A stretch of 59,700 nt of DNA, filler included, from Sphacelaria rigidula (lineage: Eukaryota), in the NCBI GenBank assembly GCA_964200075.2. It is 10 parts of 10 records of this genome, joined end to end, with 100 filler letters (N's around TTAATTAATTAA, not from the genome) between each part and the next. Parts side by side here need not be neighbours in the genome. Positions count along the whole stretch, not along the records: positions 5,981 to 11,860 come from CAXNAA020023769.1; positions 11,961 to 17,840 come from CAXNAA020023770.1; positions 17,941 to 23,820 come from CAXNAA020023771.1; 7 more parts are not named here. One strand, given 5' to 3'. The position numbers were made by a program, and so were the translations under genes. Under the pieces are notes generated by a model. It made no database searches. It saw only the letters and a list, made by a program, of their open reading frames with translations, and was not told where the DNA came from. Of this stretch, positions 11,141-21,097 are shown piece after piece. Position 1 is the first letter of the stretch. The number at the start of each line of letters is the position of its first letter.

Positions 11141-11745
11141 CCCTTGGACAGCGAGAGTAGGTCACTTGTTGAATCGGCATCGATTTCATTTGAAAAAAAG
11201 AGGTATAGTCCACATGGACTACGTTCGCGGTCTAAGGGTATAGGTCACTTTCTGAATCGGCATCAATTTCACGTGAAAAAAGGATGCGTCTTCCAGATGG
11301 ACTACCCGCATCGTGGTCCAAGGGTTCATCGACGTTGGGCTACAAATGTTCATCGTTGACACATTTTGCAAGTATCGCTACCCCTAACCGTAACCCCAAC
11401 CCCAATGCATGCCGAGAACCCTCGGGCAAGGGCGGCACATCGCATTCCCTAAGCAAAGTACGGCCTTGGTAGACCCCCAACGCATACCGAGAACCTTTGG
11501 GCAATAAGGGCGGTACATACATTTAGGGCGGCCTTGGTAGATTTGATCGAAAACGCGTTCTGTGCAGGTGAGGAGCACACGAGACCGTCAGCTCTACTAA
11601 AGATCCGATTCTTGTTGTACACGCTCAAATAAAGTAATCTGTCGACCATGAACACCTGTAGCCCAACGGCGGTTAACTTTGGAGTAGTTTTTTCAAGCGA
11701 TATTGATGCCGATTCCGCAGGTGACCTATCCTCGCAGTCGAAGGG
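11141..11745. mobile_element. piggyBac-like MITE with nested repeat
   Basis: TTAA|CCCTTGGACAGCGAGAGTAGGTCAC..GTGACCTATCCTCGCAGTCGAAGGG|GTAA; CCC..GGG ends with TTAA left and a one-mismatch GTAA right; degenerate telomeric ccctaaccgtaaccccaacccc at about 11381-11405. Confidence 0.6.
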
Positions 11746-11960
11746 GTAACAATAACTCGAACCCACATGGCTCATAATGCCGAGGCGACCTAGAGTTTTG
11801 GTCGTATATAGTAGTCAGCGTCAGAAGTTTTCAGAACTCGTAGTTGTCCTTTTTTCTGAGNNNNNNNNNNNNNNNNNNNNNNNNNNNNNNNNNNNNNNNN
11901 NNNNTTAATTAATTAANNNNNNNNNNNNNNNNNNNNNNNNNNNNNNNNNNNNNNNNNNNN

Positions 11961-12047
11961 GCGTACTCATTTGTTGCTTGCCTTAGTCATTTGACCATTG
12001 ACCACGCATCCCTTTCGAGACGGAGCATAATCTGCAGTGGGGGGGGG
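11961..12047 (-). mobile_element. 3' tail fragment of a LINE/SINE family
   Basis: Encodes ..APSRKGCVVNGQMTKASNK*; related gcttgcc.tagtcat..gaccattgacc.cgcatccct sequence recurs at 23750-23820, 29990-30030 and 43975-44012 (inverse). Confidence 0.55.
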
Positions 12048-12218
12048 TGAATCCCTCATGGCTGATAAACAGGAAAAGTAACAATATGGACAGTAACCAC
12101 CGACAGGGCGGTGAAGAAACTGAAGGCAGTCCAGGACACCCACACGTTTTCCGTGCCGATTCGAAGCTGTATTGTCAAATCCCTTGTCTTGCCGTGTTGT
12201 CCCCTTCACATGGCGCAG

Positions 12219-12290
12219 GTTATATCCCCGAGGAGCTGGGACAGCTCACCGCTCTAGGATGGCTCAACTTGAGCAACAACCGGCTGACAG
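12219..12290 (+). CDS. ROCO (LRR-ROC-COR) protein, single 72-nt LRR exon
   Basis: cgCAG|GT TAT ATC..CTG ACA G|GTGAG; exactly 72 nt, phase 1-1; GYIPEELGQLTALGWLNLSNNRLTG is a plant-specific-type LRR. Confidence 0.88.
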
Positions 12291-12947
12291 GTGAGCGACT
12301 TGGACGGTTTTTTGCGAGGCTACTGGATGATGGTCGGAAGGTAGCATGGAAGAGGTTTTACATAGTCGTGAATGGCATTGTCTTGCCTAGTGCGACATGC
12401 TGTACCGTATGAACCCGGTCAGAAACGCTGTTTTACGTGGGCATTGGTTAGGTGCCGTTGAGGTCTGACGTGGTGCGGTGGGCTGACTCCAACAGGCTCT
12501 GGTTCCGCGGTACAGCAATTTTAGGCAGGAACGTCTCCTCTTCCATTTTTCTGCTGGGAGGAACGTTCCCTCTCGGTGCGACATTTTTCGGAGCACGCGC
12601 CTGTTTGTCTGTCGACATGCTTGTTTTTGTGCTATTTCTCGACTGGAAAAGTACGGTATTCTCTCAGCAAACCCCACCATAATGACATACCCAACCCGGC
12701 TTCGTAGTACGCATTTTACTACTCAAGTTCCATATGGAGGATGTGCCGACATACCATCAGACCCGGAACCTGTTGTATGTGACACCGTGCACGTGATAGA
12801 AGTGGGAACATGTTGACTCATAGCCTGCTTTAAACCAACGCATGTGTGCAACGCGTTCATGGGTAGGAGTCCTGTTGTTTGTGTGCACGTTTGCGTGCGG
12901 GTTTCGACACAAAATACGGGGCTTGTGGCAATCGGTCGGTCCAAAAA

Positions 12948-13301
12948 CAGCCGGTCATCGAAATTGAGGATGCAGCTTTTCATTCAGGATGAGAACCCGG
13001 AGAATAAAAATCTTTGTATTCACACCAAATATTCGAAATATGGTTCCATTCCTTCACTTACTGGTAGCTATTAACGACTACTACACGCCATACAAATTTG
13101 GATTTTGATAGCCCAAATGTTGAGGTCCTAGGTGAAGAAAACATTTTGGGATATTTCGGCGATCCGATAGTAGTTGTTAATAGCTACCAGTAGGTGAAAG
13201 AATGAAACCATATTTCGAATATTTGGTGTGGATGCGAAGATTTTAATTCTCCGGGTTCTCATCCTCAATAAAAATCCATCCCCAATTTGTAAAACCACGT
13301 G
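12948..13301. mobile_element. Fold-back MITE in a ROCO intron (family shared with 53948-54384)
   Basis: ggatgagaacccggagaat..cacaccaaatattcgaaatatggtt..tactggtagctattaac is mirrored by gttaatagctaccagta..aaccatatttcgaatatttggtgtg..attctccgggttctcatcc. Confidence 0.8.
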
Positions 13302-14223
13302 TTTTCAGTTCAGATCACCTGCCTCGTGCCGGTACGGAAGACTACAGTTGAACAACTCCCATTCCCTCGACGTCCCTTGTGCACGGTACAGCTGTTGTCA
13401 CCGATATTGTGAACAGGTTGCGTCCTCAGCAACGTTGGCCTGAGCCCACACCGCTGACGGATACACCGTTGAAATTTATTACTACAGGCCTTTCAGTAGC
13501 GATCGGTAGCTGTCATATATGGGCCGTTTCATATCCGTGAACACTGCTCCTTTGCCTCCTAAGGTACGTTGTGCCATGCCCCCGACCAGGGACGTCTTTT
13601 GTCGGCGCCCACGTGGTCCTCGTGGTGCTCGTGTGTGCTGCTGAGGCCAGACATTGCTCAGTTGCCTGGACTCGCGAGACATTGTTTGCTCCTCACTGTG
13701 GTGTTAGTTAGAAATCGCCCCCCGTTTCGTACGGGGAGCGAGAACATTTATTTTCAGATCGAAGAACGCAGGACGCTCTCAGCGCACGTCACTGTACATG
13801 AATGTCTGATCGGTTTCAGAACCCCCCAGAACTAGTCGGTACCGGTAGGAGAGAGTGTGCATACTGTCCATGTAATCAAAGCCTGCTGTGTGGGAAACAT
13901 AACATGTTGTACGATAGTAACGGAATTGTCAACTCTGGTTCGGGCTGTATTTTACTTGTGATGAAGTATGGTTCATGTTTTAGCAGGAAGGATTGGCGCT
14001 CGACTGGGGCCACGGCGTTGTGTACGATATTCCGTATCGCATTGATGGATATGTTGTCGACCGCACTAGTTGTGATGGTCTAGGCATCCGTCGTGACATT
14101 TACTTTGGACCTCCTTTTCTACTGTGAAACACGTTTTAGTGTAAATCTGTGTGTATGTGAATACCTTTGATTGACTACAATTGATCGATTCATACTCTTC
14201 GATCTTGGTGTGAACGCCTACAG

Positions 14224-14615
14224 GTTTACCAAGGGCTACAGCCAAGAGGTTTGCTCTGCTACCCAAGCTGAAAGTAGGGGAGAAAGCACGTCTAGAAGAA
14301 AATCCTTGGACTGAACCGCCATACGAGGTTGTCCAAGGCGGATGGGCGCAAATCATCGGATACTACGACGCAGTGGAACGATCGGGGGCAACCACTTGCA
14401 ATAGGTTAAAGGTGGTTTTGATTGGTGCGGTATGCGCCGGAAAAACGACTCTAGCCAGGGGTTTACGGCACGGAAAGCCGACCCCACCGACGGACAGGGA
14501 GTGCACTCGAGGTGTTGATATTCACATCGAGCCATGGAGGCCGGTTCCTGCTCAGCCGATTGAGGTGGTAATGTGGGACTTTGCAGGTTACTCCGACTAC
14601 TATTCGTCCCACCAG
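14224..14615 (+). CDS. ROCO protein exon: post-LRR linker plus N-terminal ROC GTPase domain
   Basis: taCAG|GT..CAC CAG|GTGAAG, 392 nt, entering in phase 1 like the LRR exon; ENPWTEPPYEVVQGGW, LKVVLIGAVCAGKTTL (P-loop), TRGVDI (switch I), WDFAGYSDYYSSHQ (G3). Confidence 0.9.
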
Positions 14616-17063
14616 GTGAAAGCTACAGGCAATGTTTTGGAGTTCCATGTTACTGTCGTATTTTGTCAAGTCTCGTATGACGTTTGTCTGTGACAAGTCG
14701 GCGGCAATGTGAATATATTCAGATAGGGGTGCCATCTTGCTGCATTTCGTGTCCGCGTCACTGCAGTTAGAGGCAATATTTCATTCTCCCGAATGTCGCG
14801 AACGGTGACTCGACAGATGTATGGCTCATAAACCGGGTTGAAACTCGATGTCTGACTCTCGGAGTACTCGTTGTAGTCAAAAAGGTCATACGTTCCTCCG
14901 GAAAATCGACACGGATAGGTTGAACGAGTTTCTGGGAAGAAAACGTCTGGATTTTTTTCCTACTAGACGGGTCGATGGACCTCTAGTGTGCACCCGAAAA
15001 AGATATTGTAACACGGCAAATCCGCGCCGATGGAGTATGTAATATATTCATACAATAACGATGTTAAAGAAATAGCACACATAGAGCACGGCTAGAGGGA
15101 ACAATTCCGCAATGCCAAAATGCATTCCGCGAAAGAGCTGCCAGGAACTCGTAAACAAATAATAATACTGTAACGCAGACGGAGATAAACGTGTTGCCCG
15201 CGTAGCATAATTAAGTGTTACACATCCCGGGCACCTATATTTTATGCATAATATTTGGTGAAATAAATGACGGCGGGAGGAATGCGGCATTGCTATTATG
15301 ACTCCGTTAGCGCATCCCCGGCGGTCATACTTTGGAAGTAGTGTTTAAGGCCGAGAAATCGCAATTATGCATATTTCGACCGAACATTTTCCCCGTCCTC
15401 AGGTAACTCAGAGCAGGTATATGCAGGCACGGTACTTTTTTGCCTGGAAATGTCACGATGCGCAACACATAGCCACTGCGCGTTCAACTCTGCATTGCAG
15501 AAACCCCTAACAACTACAGTAGGGGTCTGATCACCTGATACCTTGTATGTATGCAATATGTAGTAATAGTCGATGTTTCATCGCTCATGCTTCGACTGTG
15601 TTGTCATTCACTTTCTGCCCTGTTCGTTCCGGCTCCAGACTGGGGCAAGTACACCTTGCCTTCCTACAACTGCCATCTCTCCGTCGCTGCTCTATACACA
15701 AGGTACTCTTGCATCTCAGACGAGACTTACTCTGTCAGCACTAACGACACGGGCTACAAATTAAACAGCAAATAGCCCATGTGCCTGGGAAGCGCCCTTG
15801 GTCTGTGGTAGGACCATGGCGTGCGTGTGCGCAAGGTTGAGGTGACCTCGGCCGAGTGAAGGAGGAAATAACATTTCAAGTCACCACCCCTCCCCGTTAC
15901 TGACCATACATTAGCAGAGCCGCTCAGCTCACAGTCTACAGCACGCCACATGGCGAACCCCCGCACATGTAGACCACGCCCAGCAGCAGCGAAGCCAGCC
16001 CCAACGGTATCTTGTCACGCTAGGAATGCCAACAAAGTCCCCATCGTCGTGGGCTATTATTGCCTAAGCTATGCTGCCTTCACACGTGTTGCAGCGAACC
16101 GTAAAGCGCCGAATAAACTCTCCCCCTGCCTTTAGCTGACAGAAGATGAAGCTTGGTTTATGTTTACTATGTCAAGCATAAAGTTATTGTCACGTTCTCA
16201 AGAATGGGACTCGAGAAACGTTGGCAGCGTGACAGCCCGTTTTGTTTTCATCTTTTTTGGCCTCAGGGTGACAAAAGTTAAGTTGACAATGTCGAGGATT
16301 TCATGTTGCATAACATAGGTGAGTCAATGTTCAGTAGCATCAAGCTGAAATACGGAGGATCGTTCCTTGAGTAACAGGCGGGACATTATGCGGGGCAATA
16401 GGTAACGATTGGAGTTGTTGTGGAGCCTTCGAGAATCCTGTGATGTGGAGGTTGTTCTAGAAAGATATCATTGGCTAGTAGTCGCAGGTCAGTCAAGAAC
16501 TCGCCAGATGAATAAATCTGGCAGTTGGTTACGTTTTCTAGATTTGACGGAGCATGCGACAGTGAGAGTTCTCGAGAAAGATTCCTAATATGGGAATACC
16601 GATTGATTGTTCGAGAAGGTGGCAAAGTAGCATAGCGATCTTTGTTGTGACCATCCCACATGGTCTCACTCTTCATCACTTCTCTTCACTTTTCTTCTTG
16701 AGGTTCTCCCCGTGTGGGACGTTTTGTCTGTTTGTTTGGGATCTGCTACATGGATAAGTAATAATGAATATACGTTTGTGTTCAGACACCTGCGGTGTTC
16801 ACTCCTGAGACAAGGTCAGCATAAAGCTGCCTGCGCCAACCTCTGCCGTCACCTGCCAAGAGGAGTACAACGGTCTCCACGACTACCGTATTCCTCAACA
16901 ATGTATAGCAGTAGAGAAGTGCAGCGCACTGCAGGTACATGCCCAAGGGGGAAGACAACCAGATATCTTCGCCGTAGTGAGATAGTAGACGAGAGCACGT
17001 GAGTCACCACCGCAATAACGTGCAAGGTGGGGCTGAGTCAAATGTAGAGGGTAACTATGATGA

Positions 17064-17648
17064 TGTAATGCGTGGGACGACCGCATGCACCTTGGACTAC
17101 ATCGGAGTGTAAACACCCCTTTGTGTGGAGATCGCCATTTGGGCATGTGCGGAGAGATTTCCTTTTATGACGTGTAACCTAGTGAACGGCTGTTACAGGG
17201 GTAAGTTCGCAGGAGCCCCGAAACTTCCATATCTGTACAGCCGGATGTGGGACCCTAAGGTAACAGGGATCTTCCCAGCGAACCGCTGGCTATCCCTGGA
17301 GATCACTCTTGTCCAAGACTCTCAGACTTCGTCATCGGGCTAACTCACTCGCGCTCGTCGAGCTTTCCCGAGTGATACACTTTTGCCTCAACCCCACGAC
17401 TTACGGTCAATCCTTGGCTACATAACCCGAGGGAAATCATCGGCCACCTTCGACGGTTTCTACAGTCACCCGGAGTCTCACGACTTCCACATATGGCTAT
17501 GTTCATAGTGTTAGGGTTAGTGTTGGGGTGAGAGACAGGGGCGTGGTCCCTGCAGGGGCTGGCCCAAGCCTGTTTGAAAAACGTCGATCCCGAGGTGTTT
17601 TGAACTACGGCGCGGTCCTCTAAGCACGCGGTCCTGTCACGCATTACA
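17064..17648. mobile_element. TGT..ACA (Ginger-like) MITE with telomere-like tract and a nested ~385-bp insertion (about 17122-17506)
   Basis: Left tgtaatgcgtgggacgaccgcatgc, right gcacgcggtcctgtcacgcattaca; gttagggttagtgttgggg at about 17509-17528; nested piece has imperfect inverted ends tgtggagatcgccat..atggctatgttcata. Confidence 0.65.
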
Positions 17649-18129
17649 AACATAGTCACGTAGCTTTCAGTAGATCAAGTCTGCGAGCTGGAAGACTAAC
17701 ATGTCAGCAGTGTTGAATTGAGGGTACGATTCGATATTACGTCCGCGTAGGAAGTTTGCATCCGTCGGACGAGTCATCACTCGTCGAGACGAGTGCAATC
17801 GTGGATGTTTTTCGAGAACACAACGAGCATGCCTCGTGAGNNNNNNNNNNNNNNNNNNNNNNNNNNNNNNNNNNNNNNNNNNNNTTAATTAATTAANNNN
17901 NNNNNNNNNNNNNNNNNNNNNNNNNNNNNNNNNNNNNNNNTTTAAAAAAAGAGGGGGGAAGGGGGGGGGGGGGGGGGGGGGGGGGGGTGCCTGGGCTCCC
18001 CCCCCTAAAAAAAAGGACCGCCCCCCCCCCCCCCCCCCCCCGAAAACACCTAGGATTAAAAAAATCGGCGTAGGGCCTCGCATTTTCGTTTTTGGGCACT
18101 CCTGGGTAGATTTCTGATTTTTTTTTGTG

Positions 18130-18492
18130 ACTGTGAGTTGTGTGTCTGTTGGCGTCCCATTTATTCTGGACGCCGGTCTACACCTTTCGGTATATGAGGG
18201 CGCACGAGCCGGGGTCGCACAGGAGCAATGTCAATACGGGAGTTTTTTTTTTTCTTTTTGTTCTAGTATTCTACTACCTTCCTTCTGCGGTGCTTGCCTT
18301 TATTTTTTGTCGCGAGAGGGGCCCAGCAGTCTCTTTCCCTCGTCGACCGTGAAGTCGAGTGTTGTGTACCCACGACATAGACGATCTCCATTGTCGGGCA
18401 TGAGAAAAATCCCAGACCGCTCCGAGATTCGAACCCACGACCCGACCGTCACAAGCTTTCGAGGTCACCACCTGAGCCACCGGGGCGACCGG
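18130..18492 (-). mobile_element. tRNA-derived SINE, copy 2 (best preserved)
   Basis: Reverse complement ccggtcgccccggTGGCTCAGGTGGtgacc (A box)..gGGTTCGAATCtc (B box); body aligns with 1616-1978. Confidence 0.8.
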
Positions 18493-19607
18493 TAGTTTGT
18501 GATTGATGTGAAAAATCTTCAATCCGCTCCAAGGCGAAACTGCGTACAAAAGGCAAAAGAAGAAGTGAGCCAAAATCCTCGTAACAGAGAAAAGAGCTAG
18601 CCGTTTCAAGGTGACAGAATCCGCGTCAGCCCGAGACGGTTCCCGGGCGAATAATGTTGTGGTAGGTTCAGACCCACTTTTTTGGCATGCACGAATCTCG
18701 ATTTCTTCAAAATCGGGGGGACAAAAAATCGGGGAACGCATTGTATGGACGCGGATTTGGACCAAATCGGGGGCGAAAAAATGGGGGGGTCACGATCTCG
18801 GAACACGAAAAATCGGGGGAAATCGTTCCGAGATCGTGACTCCCCCCGATTTTTTTTAGATAACGTACACGCATTGACGTACACTGCCAGGGTACGAGGC
18901 GTTTGATATTTTTGCAATGGCAGCAGAAGACAGTCTGGTGACAGCACAGGGCATGCCTATTGCCCGCCGCAGCTGCTGAAGCAACTTCGTACGGGGTTTG
19001 ACCAGCGGATAATGAGTGCCGACGCCGTGCTCTGCGGCGATGGTAATATTTTTTGCTGCGCTGCGCTGCCATATGCATCACTATAACGGACGCTATTGTA
19101 CTCTCCTAGCTGTTGTCGCTGTACTGGAGGGGTGGTGTACGGCACTGCACTACTGAACTCTGCTCGCACACTGTTCTCTGTTCTCGCAATACCGAGTGTG
19201 CCATCATGTACTATCACACGGCATTATCACGTACTGTACTGATGAAGTATCCTGCACTGTATTACCCTAGGGTATCAAGGTACGACACTGTACTCGAAGG
19301 ATTTTTTACCGCCTGTCTGCTCTTCGGCTTCATGCACGAGTACGCAGTACCACACTAAAGCAAAAAATGACCGTCTGTGTACCGAACCGTTTCACAAATC
19401 TGTGATACTGTACTGCCTGTGCCATAAAGCGGTCCCCCCGATTTTGAGTTCACGAGTTTGAGTCCCCCCGACTTGTTCAAAATCGGGGTCCCAAAAAATC
19501 GAGATTTGTTTGCCATAAGAGTGGGTCTTAGAAAGGACCTTTTTTCGAGGGATTTTTTGTTCGCGTTGTGATCTGTAAGCGGGGTCCACTGGCCCCTCCC
19601 TCTGGAT

Positions 19608-19865
19608 GGCACTTTCTACGATAGCACCCTCCTCCCCTCTCCAAAACCAGCCCAAAAGTGTTACGAAAAAAATGGCCTTACAGCGCCTGATGCTTGGGTT
19701 CAGGCTGCATGAAGCGCCTCATATTGGCAACATTAGCGAGAACGAACCCAAGCGTGGGAATTCCCAGCTGCTCGTTGTGCTCGGCTTTTTTCATTTCGAT
19801 TTACGTGAAGATTTTGCCTCCCCAAAACCATGCACTTTGGGGGGGGGGCTATCGTAGAAAGTGTC
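19608..19865. mobile_element. ~255-bp MITE, TIR GRCACTTTCTACGATAGC, 4-bp TSD GGAT
   Basis: ggat|ggcactttctacgatagc..gctatcgtagaaagtgtc|ggat. Confidence 0.9.
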
Positions 19866-21097
19866 GGATATCACAACATCCTTATGAGGAGGGCTATTTC
19901 GGCAATTCGGCGCCGATTTCGGTGCCAAAAAGGAAGTTCAGATCGGTAATATCTCAAGTAGCCCCATAAGTGCTCGATTTTGCGCAGAAAACGTAGGCAA
20001 TGCTCACAACAGTAACAGGTCCAAGTACCTGGGGTTGTGTGAGAAACCGTTCGTCCGGCAAAAAAAAACGGAGCGTTAGCAAGATCGGCAAGTGCGATGA
20101 ATCCGCCGTGTCGCAGGGTACCGTGAGTCTTACCGAGAAAGCACAATCCCCCAGATTCATTTTTAGATCATGAATCAGCACCCAGTAGCTAACGTTGGCA
20201 CTCTTCAGAGAGATTTTGACCGTGCCCGACACAAGTGGTCTCCGGCCGCTGCTTGTGCTACAAACAAAAATCGGTCCAAAAAATGCCCTGTTGAGCAACT
20301 CAGCGCTCGAGCTTTGCCGGATTACGGGCCTTGGTGGATTTCACAAACCCATTTTGGTCACGTGAACGCACGGAGGGGCTCATCCTTGTGGGGGGAGAGG
20401 GGTGATGCGGATATCTACCTTGTTGAAGGAGTAAGCAGCTACAAGTGCCTGTCGAGGGCTCATGGCATGTTCATATACGGGTAAAAACATGGCGAGTATG
20501 GCCTCATCACGGAACTGTAGCACGGTTTGGATGAATCATCGCCGGTTCAAATTACCAAATCCACGATTTTTCATGCCTGATTGCTCAAAAGAGAGGAGAA
20601 AAGTTGATCGCTGGTCAAAAAGGTCTCCACGCAATTTTTTAGCCATTTCACGTGCCTGCGCTGGGCGTACCTAGGTTGCAACGCTGAAAACATTGCCTGA
20701 CGATTGACTCATACGGTACGACTCAATTACACTAAACTCGAGTAATTTCCAGACGAATCATGAATTCGTCCGACCCTTGAAGTAGAGAAAGACCTGGGCA
20801 GACGCCGATTAGAGTGCAAAATATCCTCTTGCACCGATCTATTGCTTATGTGAACAAGGACCAATTCCACTGTAAAAACAAAATGCAGCATGTGACTCGC
20901 CCGAGGTATGTGAAGTTGATCTCTCTATCTCATGTGCTTGTTTTTCTGTGTCGGAGGTCCCAGATCTTCTTCTTAAATCCGATGGGTCATTAAAAATCAG
21001 GAGTATCGATGAATTGCTACACCAACTCGTGACGTTGTCTCTCCACTCTTGCCCCCCTTTTGTTCGGTTTGGGGGATATATAGCTTTTAGTGGGACA

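Noticed and set aside
17941..18045. Long G and C homopolymer runs (G-quadruplex or poly-Pro ORFs)
   Set aside because: At a fragment edge and typical of low-quality sequence or simple repeats.
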